A stretch of DNA of 64,000 bases from Octopus vulgaris (taxonomy: Eukaryota): positions 2,108,001 to 2,172,000 of the forward strand of contig OX597828.1 in assembly GCA_951406725.2 (NCBI GenBank), written 5' to 3'. Positions 42,641 to 53,399 of the stretch are shown piece by piece. The notes below the pieces were generated by a model. That model had not been told where the DNA came from and ran no database searches. It saw only the letters and a list, made by a program, of their open reading frames with translations. The position numbers and the translations under genes were made by a program. The stretch's first letter is position 1. Each line of letters starts with the position of its first letter.

Positions 42641-43050
42641 TCCACCGGCGACGCTGCCGCTCGCTCACGAACGCGACGGGCGGACGGAGAACGCCGAGCT
42701 AAGGCATGCGCCTTGAGGTTGAGACGCTTTTGGAGAACAACTCGGGTCCGGCGACGGTTCCGGCTTAGAGGCGTTCAGCTGTTATCGCTCAGAAGCAGCC
42801 TAGCACCACCGCTCTATCGAGCGAGCGCGCAAACCGTTGCTCTGATCCTGCGGTTCCTCTCATACTGGACGGGATAGCCATAGCCGAGTTGACGTTGCCG
42901 GCGCCCGCCTAAGATCGGCAGAAACGTCGGCGGCGGCGACGGATAACGCGCGAGTGCGCCGATGCCACCGCACACCGAACCCCCTACGCGACTCGGGGCA
43001 CCGCGTATGCTCGATGCATCGGTGGGATAAAACTAACCTGTCTCACGACG
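42641..43050 (-). pseudogene. 28S: retro-captured 28S (LSU) rRNA 3'-region fragment including the sarcin-ricin loop
   Basis: Minus strand carries the universal LSU blocks CGTCGTGAGACAGGTTAGTTTTA (from 43050), AGTAtGAGAGGAACCGCAGG (SRL, 42866-42847) and CTGAACGCCTCTAAG (42780-42766) in correct order. The segment is strongly GC-rich against an AT-rich background. Confidence 0.92.
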
Positions 43051-43143
43051 TAGTGGTTAAGTGCGCGGGTTACTAACCCCAAGATTCTGAGTTCGATTCC
43101 AGGCAGTGACCTGAATAATAATAATGATAATAATAATAATAAC

Positions 43144-43240
<97 letters not shown>

Positions 43241-43406
43241 GGAATGAGAACCCAGGTTCGAAATTTCCCCAAGATACCTGATGAAGGCTGGATGGTATAT
43301 CAGCCGAAACGTTGTGTTACCAACAAACAAGATGAGGACAAATACCCGTCAAATGTAAATAATGTAAATAATGTACGTAATTCCTCATCTCTTAAATATA
43401 GAACTG
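43047..43406 (+). mobile_element. tRNA-head/(AAT)n/hammerhead-tail SINE-like element, right copy
   Basis: A box TAGTGGTTAAG (43051), B box GAGTTCGATTCC (43089-43100), (AAT)n about 43114-43240, hammerhead 43273-43318, then tail. Confidence 0.88.
43273..43318 (+). ncRNA. minimal type-I hammerhead ribozyme
   Basis: gatac-CTGATGA-a-ggctg-gatggtatat-cagcc-GAAA-CG-TT-gtgtt. 5-bp stem II; ACGT palindrome for a dimeric stem III. Confidence 0.78.
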
Positions 43407-43537
43407 TATCACCATATCGCTGATTTCAAAAGACATCTTTACCACAGTAATTCTTATTCATTCGTTATGTTCTCTGCATATTTTCAATATTAATTATACA
43501 TTTTGAAATCGATTAAGCACGCATGCACGCACACACA

Positions 43538-43595
<58 letters not shown>

Positions 43596-43909
43596 TATTA
43601 GTTCCCCTCTGTATATCTGTACATAAATATACATGTGTGTGTGTGTGTGCTCGCGTGTGTGACTGTGTGTGTTTGTCTGTGCGTGTGAGTGTCTGTATGT
43701 ATATAACTGTCTGTCTATCTATCTATTTATCTATCTATCTATAAATAATATTTAATCAGCTTAAAAATTATAAAATTATTATTTATAGAATTGTAAAAAT
43801 CGACGCTGCTTACCAAAATCCATCAAAGAAAAACACATGAAGTTTGTTTACGAAAGACAACGCTATGAACTAATTATAGTTCTTAAATCTGACGGAAAGC
43901 TGTGAGGTT

Positions 43910-43976
43910 GTACGTTGGTGTAATGGTAACACACTTGTTGCGAAAATGAAGAGCTGTAGGTTCGCGTCGTTCCACC
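43910..43976 (+). pseudogene. tRNA-like remnant (SINE head?)
   Basis: TGGTGTAATGGTAA A-box-like and GTAGGTTCGCGTC B-box-like motifs at tRNA spacing; acceptor stem not intact. Confidence 0.45.
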
Positions 43977-44073
43977 CTTACGAGAACCGTACATTTCCCC
44001 GTGTTCCAATAGACTATTTTCTTTAGTTATTGCTCAGTGTTCACTTATAAGCTCATAAAAGATTATTATTATT

Positions 44074-44790
44074 ATTATTATTTGCAGAATTGTAAGAATC
44101 GACACTGCTTAACAAACCTGGTAAGACGAGGATCTCAGGTCGTTTAGAATATTTAATTAGAGTAAGATGAATCAGAAAAGGAGAAATAGAAGTAATGTCT
44201 TACAGGTGTTTCTAGGATATCCCAGCTAATGGATCAACACCCTCATACTCTGTGTATTCCGTCATCAGAGACAAGGTGTGTATGCAGGAAAGTTCCAGAC
44301 AGAGAATTCACAGTGTATAAAAGAATAAAACAGTAGATTGAAAAATAAAGATAGAAGAATAAAATTCACAGTTCATCTTGTTCCGGAGGGTATGGAGGTT
44401 TGTCTATATTTCCGTGAAAGTATAGCCTCTTAAGTATAATCCCAAGTGAATCCAGGTGGTATTTTCAGTGATACGTTCAGATTGAATGAATAGATCAAGT
44501 TGTTACCTAAAACAGAATAAATAGGATAAAAACCAAAATATAAAAGATAAAATAAGAAAAAATAAGGTCTGCTTTCTAAACATTTTGTTGACAATCCCGT
44601 TGTGTCCAAAAGAATAAGCCATATGGTGAAGAAATAGAGAGTACGATAAATAAATGAAAAACTAAACAAACAAATAAATTGAATGAAAGCTATGGAGAGA
44701 ATTGAAGAAAAATAGGGTTTAAAGCTCGAGATGTTAAAGACAATGTATATATATATTAGTAGAGGTACGTAGGTGCATAGCAAAGCAGCC
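44074..44790 (-). mobile_element. Penelope-like element 3' end/pLTR remnant
   Basis: ORF end LIYSFNLNVSLKIPPGFTWDYT* (resembles PLE L...P.G.N termini) followed on the same strand by a hammerhead. Confidence 0.5.
44196..44273 (-). ncRNA. type-I hammerhead ribozyme
   Basis: tgtct-CTGATGA-cgga...tccta-GAAAC-ACCT-GTA-agaca. 5-bp stem I; loop probably AGCT originally. Confidence 0.7.
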
Positions 44791-44885
44791 TAAACCTTTC
44801 ATGTACAGCTAATTTAGAATATCAACCATGTCTTTCTAAGATCAACCATTACGGCACCAACAAACAGATAGTCAGACAAACAGAT

Positions 44886-44921
<36 letters not shown>

Positions 44922-46004
44922 GCACACCTCATATGAATATTTCCAGACACATTCATACACATACAATCACATACATACGCTCAAACACACACATACACAC
45001 ACACCAGTGTTTACACAAAATACCTATATTAAATAGTGATTTAATGTATACATCCAAAAACATAAAAATAAATAAATCTATTATGCTCAGAACATAAATA
45101 TATATGTATTTGAAGATAAATATATACATTTGTGTCTAGAATTATATTTGTTGCATTATGTCTACGCATCATTTTAATCGATGTCTGTAGGAGGATGAGA
45201 TAAGTTAGAAAAACGGTTTTGTTTTGTCCTCGAGTAATATTTCACGATACCTTGGTCGCCAAAGTACATTCGGAAGAATGTTCATACAAATTTTGTTTAA
45301 ATAAACCTGGTAGTCTAGTTCTCAGAGACAATTTTTTAATGGAAGCCATATAAATTTAAATTATTTCAAGCCGGCATATTGTCAGATCGGTTTGTTAACA
45401 TTAAGCTTCAAGCTGTCAAAGACAATTCGACGATCTTAAACGCAGCCAAATGTATTTGATTTTCCAATCTTCGTAGCCATCTATGGTGAGTTACACACAA
45501 CAAACCAATTTTTTATTTATGGAAATGTATAAAATGTTACTTTTATTCTTGCTTTTCTTGACATAAATTCATTGTTTTGCATGAAATTATATGTAATCAA
45601 CTAAATCAATCATGGAATCTTATCGGTTTTATTGAATGTGGAAAAATAAAAAGCAAACTCGACGTTTCTACACACATAAGAAGTTAGTTTGATTTTAAAA
45701 ATTCGGAAATCCGCTCCACAAATCTTTTTCGCATCTCACCTGACCCCATAAGAATAAAAGATGCCTTTACTTAATGCGAATTTATCTTTGTAGGAGTGAA
45801 ATAATAGGATGTTGTATCGTTTATGCCACTATGAAATAAATCAGTGATTAAAAGGGAAACTAGGTTTTGATTAGAAAAAAAACCAGGTTGTAAGTTCAAA
45901 ACCCCAAGGTCTTCTCTTGCACAGAGATGCTGCTTATAATTGTTTAGCTCCGGGTAAACTCTGATAAACCAAGCCTATGCTCAAAAGAATACGAACAGTG
46001 GCCT

Positions 46005-46072
46005 TTCTTTTCTTCTTCTTCTTCTTCTTCTTCTTCTTCTTCTTCTTCTTCTTCTTCTTCTTCTTCTTCTTC
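46005..46072. repeat. (CTT)n microsatellite
   Basis: Direct reading. Confidence 0.95.
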
Positions 46073-47435
46073 ACTTTTTTTTATGTGTCTAAAGATATTG
46101 TGTAGCATTTTGGTTAATCAATTAAAATGTTTCCATGTTTTGAACGAAAAGCAGAGGGAACAGCAACAGGATTTGATTACAGAAATGTGAGTGATGGAAT
46201 ATTGTATAAATAATAAAGTTGAGGGTATAATGCATCAGGCCTATTACATCGTTGCATCATCGTTTACTGCAACTCCTCCTCCTCAAATGTTATACAGTGA
46301 CCTCTTCGAATTAAATTCAAGGCTTCTGTTTCATTAAATACCTTTCATGAATTTCCATCATCATTAGCGAAATAGCTGCAGCAGGGAATTACAACTGAAA
46401 TTAACTAATCTTCACTTTACAACACTCCTCACTGTCACAAAATCTTTGAGTGGGGAGAAGTTCAAAGCCAACGCGCTAACTCTACCTTCGGTCATTGGCA
46501 ACTTCAAATGGAACCAGAGCAACTTGAATTATTTATTGATATCCTCTAACCAGCAGCTTACCTCAATTGCATGGCCATCACCGCCTTTTAAGCATAATGA
46601 AAACAGTTTTGTGTTAGAAACTTACAACAGCTACCAGTGAGTGTGCATGGGTTAGTGTGGGGTGGGGTGCACACGTAATTGATAGAACAACACTCTTCTT
46701 ATTCGCAAATCAAACAAAACAGTGCACTGGCGCACGCACGCACACACACACACCAACACACCTTCCTACACAATGAAACTAAAGCCGTCCCTTTCCCCCC
46801 AGTCATACATAAGGCTGACAGCTTCAAACCTCAGCTCGCCAATTCCTCTTTTGCTTATATGTCACGAGGAAATGTGTGGTTTCAGAAGTGGGTTAAGTCG
46901 TCTTTAGGGTCACATGACTTCCTGTTGACTTTGAAAGAATAAAAAAAAGAGAAAAAAAGATTTTCATGGCAGACTATCAAATGTTTTCCACATGGGACAA
47001 CTGAAGTGAAAGCGGTGCCAGCAGCTAGTTAACTATAAGACTGAATTACACAGAATTCCTATAACTGTATTAGTTTATTTTATCACTATATAGCTGTAAT
47101 TTATGTTGCTGTATAGCAATTTCCTTTTCTTCCTGTACCAATAGACTGTTATTGCGTTATACCATTATAAATATTACAACATTGATATCCAGTGTTGCTA
47201 CACTGCTTATCGCAGTCTCACTGTATAAGACAATATACTACTGTTGACTTAGTAACGGTACTGACACAGGCAGATTTAGTTGGGATATCTACTACGTGAA
47301 AGCGATCGCATTATAAAACTTCATTACTTCCGCTCAACTACTCAACAACACTTTATACTACAGCATTGCACTAGAACGGACCAACAAAGGAGTATGTTTG
47401 TGATCCTCAACCAGAAATACACGTCAAATCTCCCT

Positions 47436-48182
47436 TAACTTTATTCCCCAAAGGTGGGTGGGAGGGACAATATGACCCGCCACCACCACTGTCAATATGA
47501 TCCCCCGCCAACTCGGTAAGAGTTGTGATACTGAGTGTTTGCAACTTTCAGTTTTAATATATTTGGCACGTTAGGGAGCTTTGCTATGTTTATGCATGCG
47601 TTCTTTAAATTTTACTGGTCCGAGTGTCACATTTTAACCCTCTCAAATTTTACTTTCTGCGATGGAAATCGCATCCATGCCTATTGCTTTATGTGTGATT
47701 TCTTTTTAATGGATTCTAGAATATAGCGTAGTTGGGTACATTTGTTGAGGTCTGATAAAGTTCCATATGAGAGTAATCAGTGTTCATTGCCTTTACCAGT
47801 TGCCGAAAATTTTTGCCTCCCGCAATAATTGTATTTTTATGGGAAAAATCATAAATATTAGACTGCAAATACCGTATATAACCTTATAATAAATTATTCA
47901 AATACCATGCAACATTCCTAGGCTAATTTAAGAACTCACGTAGGCAAGGTAGCAAATTCACTGCCAAATTTTGGAATTTTCCAAAGATATCCTAAAATTG
48001 CTGATATCAGCAGGATTTATGACGTCACAGCAAGCAATTCAAGACAAAACTAAAAGTACATGCATTGACCTACCACCATATGAAATTTCAAGTTTATACC
48101 AAATTCCAGTCAAGCGTTAGTGGTGGTGGTGGTGGTAGGGTGGGGGAGACAGTATGACACCCTCCTGTAAGGAATAGCTTGT
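47436..48182. mobile_element. decayed non-autonomous DNA transposon (piggyBac-like MITE?)
   Basis: Begins ttaactttattcccc and ends ...ggaatag. A related subterminal motif (ggg.gacaatatgacccgcc / ggagacagtatgacaccc) occurs near both ends. Confidence 0.35.
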
Positions 48183-48861
48183 AGATGATAAAGTTAAAAT
48201 GCCTATAAAAGACGGAACAATGCAATAGATAAATGTAGTTATACATACCCAACAAAGGTGGTAGATGGGATGGTTACAACTGAACTTCTCTTTATCACTC
48301 ATTGGGAGTTGACATGCATTTACAACATAACGCTACAATGATAGACAGGGAGATGATAATATATGTAATATAGGGGAAAAGCAAGGGATATTGAGGGCAG
48401 AAGAGATGAATACATCGATCACCAGAAGCAGTGCCTCTTTTATTGAGTTTAGAAGGAAGAAAAGTTGACCTCGGTGGAATTCACTCTCAGATTTTTAATA
48501 ATATGGATTATTTGCTTTTAATAATGACAATAAGCCACTGATTTCCTTTGAAGTGGAACGATAATTGCCACAAGAGACAAATAACTGTTCAAATTTATTA
48601 TTTAACAACATTATTATATTAGAATGTTCGTTTATTTTTCTAAAAGTCAAGGCAAGTTAAATTTGGAGTTAATAACAGTTTTCTTTAGCCTTTATTTTTT
48701 ATTTCCATTAATTAATTATTTTTTGCATTTTTTCTCATTTGTAACTCTTTATTTATATTTCCGTGTTGTTCTTTGTCAATGGAATGCTAAAAATAACATA
48801 ATACCGTGGATATAAAACAAAGAGAAACTGAAAATGATCTAGCTGTGCTTTGGACTCTACT

Positions 48862-48988
48862 CACCTGAAGACGCGAATGTATATAGCTATTGTTGGATTA
48901 TATAAATGCAATAGTGTGAGTAATATGTATAACACCCAGCAGTCCAGCAGTTACCAGCTGATACTGATATACCGAAACAATTGTAGTG
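48862..48988 (+). ncRNA. hammerhead motif with ~100-nt stem II insertion
   Basis: cac-CTGAAGA (48865-71)...GAAAC-AATT-GTA-gtg (48974-88). ACAATTGT palindrome; the element ends at (TA)n. Confidence 0.55.
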
Positions 48989-49022
48989 GTTTTTGATAAA
49001 GCATCTTCTCGTATTAAAATCC

Positions 49023-49110
<88 letters not shown>

Positions 49111-49112
<2 letters not shown>

Positions 49113-49519
49113 CGCAGGAGTGGCTGTGTGGTAAGTAGCTTGCTAACCAACCACATGGTTCCGGTTCAGTCCCACTGCGTGGCATCTTGGGCAAGTGTCT
49201 TCCGCTATAGCCCCGGGCTGACCAATGCCTTGTGAGTGGATTTGGTAGACGGAAACTGAAAGAAGCCTGTCGTATATATATATATATGAGTATGTGTGTG
49301 TTTGTGTGTCTATGTTTGTCCCCCTAGCATTGCTTGACAACCAATGCTGGTGTGTTTACGTCCCCGTCACTTAGCGGTTCGGCAAAAGAGACTGATAGAA
49401 TAAGTACTGGGCTTACAAAGAATAAGTCCCGGGGTCGATTTGCTCGACTAAAGGCGGTGCTCCAGCATGGCCGCAGTCAAATGACTGAAACAAGTAAAAG
49501 AGTAAAAGGGTAAAAGAGT
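49111..49519 (+). mobile_element. tRNA-derived SINE family A, full-length, inserted in (TA)n
   Basis: ggcgcaggagTGGCTGTGTGGtaag...GGTTCAGTCCc A/B boxes, internal microsatellite, second domain, (gtaaaaga)n tail. Confidence 0.92.
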
Positions 49520-49580
49520 ATATATACATATACATAGAGTAATTTTAGAGTAAATTTTAGAATTTAAATATACGGCGAAA

Positions 49581-49642
<62 letters not shown>

Positions 49643-49645
<3 letters not shown>

Positions 49646-51295
49646 CTATATTTCGCCGTATAAGACGACCTTTAAATTCTAAAATTTACTCTAAGAATTT
49701 GGGGTCGTCTTATACCATTTATAAGTAAGCTAACCTCGACCTCGGTGCGATAACCACAGACATACGTGAATACATTAACAAAATAATAAAATAATTATAA
49801 CATAGGTAAATAAAAACATATTTACTTTATATATTATTGGCATATCTTCATAATAAATAGCCTGTTCGAGAGATAATGCTATATCATTGAAATCAACTTT
49901 TATCTATGGAAGGTTTGCTGAGAAAATGTAAGCATTGAGTTATGGCTACGCTCACAGTAACCTTTGTCTTTCGCTAACCTTTCAAAAGTTTTAATGGTGA
50001 TGTATAACTGTACTAAAAACATTTAGAACGGAGATTTTCAAACTTTTTGGGCCACCACCCCCTCATGATCTTATATTAATCTCAGTGCCCCCACCCCTAT
50101 TTTTATGTATAAATAAATATTTTATATTTTACTAATTTATATATACTATGAGTCATTTGATATTTAATATATTATATCATTTGTATGCAATACTATAATA
50201 ATATTATAAACTCATAGCACCCCCCGATCCACTACCTTCCGCCCAATGTCTCCTTTTTTCTATCCCCCTCCCCGCACCGCCTCTTAGACCCAGCGCCCAC
50301 ATGGATCCTCTCAACTCCCACCAGGGGGCGGTAGCGCCCACTGTGAAAACCTATGATTTAGAATAACATATTTTTATTTTTCATAAAATATCTATTATCA
50401 TTTGGTGGTAAATAACACAATTTGGATTATACACAACCTTTAGTTTTCAAGAAAATTCTTTTACAATAGTTGCAATTAAAACATACATCATAATTTGTTT
50501 TCCCTATCAAGATAAATAATATTAAAACATCAAACCTGCCACATGTATTTATCTAAAACCCATCAAATTCCTCACAGTCATCACTATCTGTTTTTAAAAG
50601 TTTGTCATACATATCACAAGATTCATCACGTATGCCATCATCGTAAGGATTCCAATCTTGTTCTGGTGAATCGATTTCGACTACGTCGTCGCTATTGTAC
50701 AGAATATTAGCTTTGGTACCATCCATGGCAACTGAGATACTGCATTTTTTAAATGATTTTATTTTCTACTTTAATTTTGTCTTATGCCTTTATAACAAAA
50801 TCACAGAGAACTTCAAGTGAGGCAGCATGCATAGCTCCACCATTTGTAAGAGATTTTTCTCCATTCACCATCCAGTCATTCCATTACTCTCTCACATTAT
50901 CTTTAAATAACTAACATCAAGTGGCTGCAATATAGAAGTCAAACCATCAAGAATAACTGCAATATCAGTATTAGTTTTGGATAACTGGGTTTTAGTATTT
51001 GTCGTTACGTGGCTAAGAAACATATCCCAAATCAATAAGCTGTCACTTGGCCATCTGTTGCTTTAAAATCTTTACTTTCTTCTTTATATAATTTAGCCCA
51101 TTTTAGGGCATAAGATCTTATTTTATTTCGTGTTACAATATAGCCATCTTGTCTCTGCTGGAGGACCCATTCTGCTACATCCTTTTCCAACTTCAGCCAA
51201 CGAGTGCTTCCTCTTCTCATTGCACATTTTTGTTTGTGTGCTTGTCTTAATTTTTCCTCATTCTTTTTCCACTCTCGTACCATATCTTTGATAAA
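49643..51295 (-). mobile_element. pogo/Tigger-type DNA transposon relic (HTH CENP-B + DDE_1), internally deleted
   Basis: REWKKNEEKL...LEKDVAEWVLQQRQDGYIVTRNKIR...FKAT joined to LIWDMFLSHVT...IAVILDGLTSILQPLDVS...IKSFKKCSIS. TIR-like ctatatttcgccgtataagacg at a TA site. Confidence 0.85.
50029..50355. mobile_element. hAT (Charlie-like) MITE nested in the pogo relic
   Basis: 8-bp TSD ATTTAGAA at 50021-50028 and 50356-50363. Imperfect TIRs cggagattttcaaa / tgtgaaaacctatg. Confidence 0.75.
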
Positions 51296-51639
51296 GAAGA
51301 AGAATTAGGTTCCTTTTTCGGCGATGCATGTATGAAAAACATATAGAAATGGATTTATTATTTCGTTTATTTTAATTTCCAAGGATATAGCAAGTAAAAA
51401 AAAAAAAACATTTGTAATAAAATCATCTTTACATGACTAATATTTCTAAAGATACCTGTTGTTGCAAAAGCAAACCTGTGCAGAAATGTAAAATCATGAA
51501 ATTTTTTACAAACTTTGAACTGGGTCTAGGGATCCGTATTAGGGTTTCGTTATAGTAAGAATGTATTATATTAGAGGAAAAATAATAAAAAAAGGCAGAA
51601 TGAGTGTTTCAAGTCATTTAGAATAATTTAATTAGGGTA

Positions 51640-52559
51640 AGGTGAATTGTGTGCACCAAGTCTTTTCCGTTTCAAGGAAATATTTGCCCGAAACTCATTT
51701 CATTTTCTCTGTTTTTCCCCCCGTTGTGATGGTAAGCGGTAGGATTTTTGTTCCATTAAGACGAATTGCTAAAATATAAATAACTTGCACTTTCGTAACC
51801 CGTTGAAGCGACGTAGATTGACGAGGCACCTGTCTGTTCAATTGTCGTTTTCGATCCTTGGCCCATAAATACTACAGTCTCATCCATAGCAATTATATTG
51901 GCGAGATTGTATTTAAAAAAGTCGATGCCATCAACGAAGGACTTGAATGCAAGTGCACGTTGAATCACTTCAGCATCCTCCAGCTTGAACAGTGTTGTCG
52001 ATCTTCTTAGAGAGAGAGCTCATATCGCCAAAGGAAGTTACCTAACCAATGAGATGATGTTTTGAATATCTCTGGGGGTATATCCAACTGAGGTGCCATT
52101 GCAAGAGAAAATTCTTGAATATCAGCCCTGCGTACCACTAAAGCTGTCAGCAATCCATCCCGAGGTGATATCTTCCAGCTCCGAAAATAACGGTTGTCGA
52201 CCTGATCCGCACTTGCGCTTCTTAGCACTTCCCTTATCCACCAGTCTGCTGAAATTATCGTACTCTGCTCACCATTTTCGAACCATTCGGAGACCCAACA
52301 TCATCTTCTTACAGAAAACCGGAAGATTCTTGTTATGTGACTCTTTCACAATTCCTTTCTTGTACTCGACGGAATAACTCTTCCTTTTTGCACTCATCTT
52401 GCCTGGGGTGAGGTAGGGGGACAAGGGAGTCAACTCTGTGCATGCGCGCTTAGCGCAGACTTTAGTCAAGCTGCGGTAGTTGGTTTATTTTGCAAACATC
52501 CCATGGTCTTGATAACATGATGATGCATTTTTGACCAGGTCTTATTTTCGGTGAAAAAT

Positions 52560-52562
<3 letters not shown>
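51640..52562 (-). mobile_element. second pogo-type transposon, 5' half
   Basis: MSAKRKSYSVEYKKGIV...MVRKW; FKTSSHWLGNFLWRYELSLRRST; IIAMDET...TGYE. TIR-like ggtcttattttcggtgaaaaatggta at (TA)n. Confidence 0.85.
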
Positions 52563-52615
<53 letters not shown>

Positions 52616-52921
52616 AATTTATTTTAATCTTCGGATTCTTTCTTTAATATGCTAGACCACTGGTTCTAATTGATAAATATCAATTTTTACCCTTAATTTA
52701 ATTTTATATATATATATATATTTGTGTGTGCGTATGTGTGTGTGTTCGCGCGCGCGTGTGTAAAAAGTTAACAGATAAGATGGAGAGAATGTATGCATAG
52801 AAAACATTTTGTAGTGCTCAAAACATTTGAGCTTACACTCCGGACCAAGTGAGCAGATATAGAGACAATAATCCATATAAAGAGTAAAATTCTTGGTTTT
52901 GAGGTACAGAATATATAGTAT

Positions 52922-53306
52922 TCTTTTTATTTTATTTTATTTTATTAATTTCAGTTATTTGACTGCGGCCATGCTGGGGCACCGACTTTAGTCGAACAAA
53001 TCGACCCCGGGACTTATTCTTTGTAAGCGTAGTAATTATTCCATCGGTCACTTTTGCCGAACTGCTATGTTACAAGGACGTAAGCACAACAACATCGGTT
53101 GTCAAGCGGTGGTGGGGGACAAACACAGACACACAAATATATATATAAAAATATACGACCGGCTTCTTTCAGTTTCCGCCTACGAAATCCACTCACAAGG
53201 CTATAGTAGAAGAGAAGGCACTTGCCCAAAATGCCACGCAGTGAGACTGAACCCAGAGCTATGTGGTTGGTAAGCAAACTACTTACCACACATCCACTCC
53301 TGCGCC
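52922..53306 (-). mobile_element. tRNA-derived SINE family A, full-length
   Basis: Reverse-complement homolog of 49111-49519. Confidence 0.9.
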
Positions 53307-53399
53307 TATGTAATCATGCAAATAAAGAAGACTGAAAATTTTCAGATGATTAACTTTCAAGTATAAATATATATATTTGTATATCAATAAAGCAAACTT

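Noticed and set aside
42626-42877. Arg-rich ORF / apparent CpG island
   Set aside because: It is the antisense of the 28S rRNA fragment.
42641-43050. Functional rRNA gene
   Set aside because: Only about 410 nt, SRL mutated, no flanking rDNA unit.
43047-43112. Functional tRNA gene
   Set aside because: 5' end truncated, acceptor stem cannot form, and it runs into (AAT)n; it is a SINE head.
46200-46980. Unique-looking region with short ORFs, possibly exon or enhancer
   Set aside because: No recognisable protein motif or convincing splice pair.
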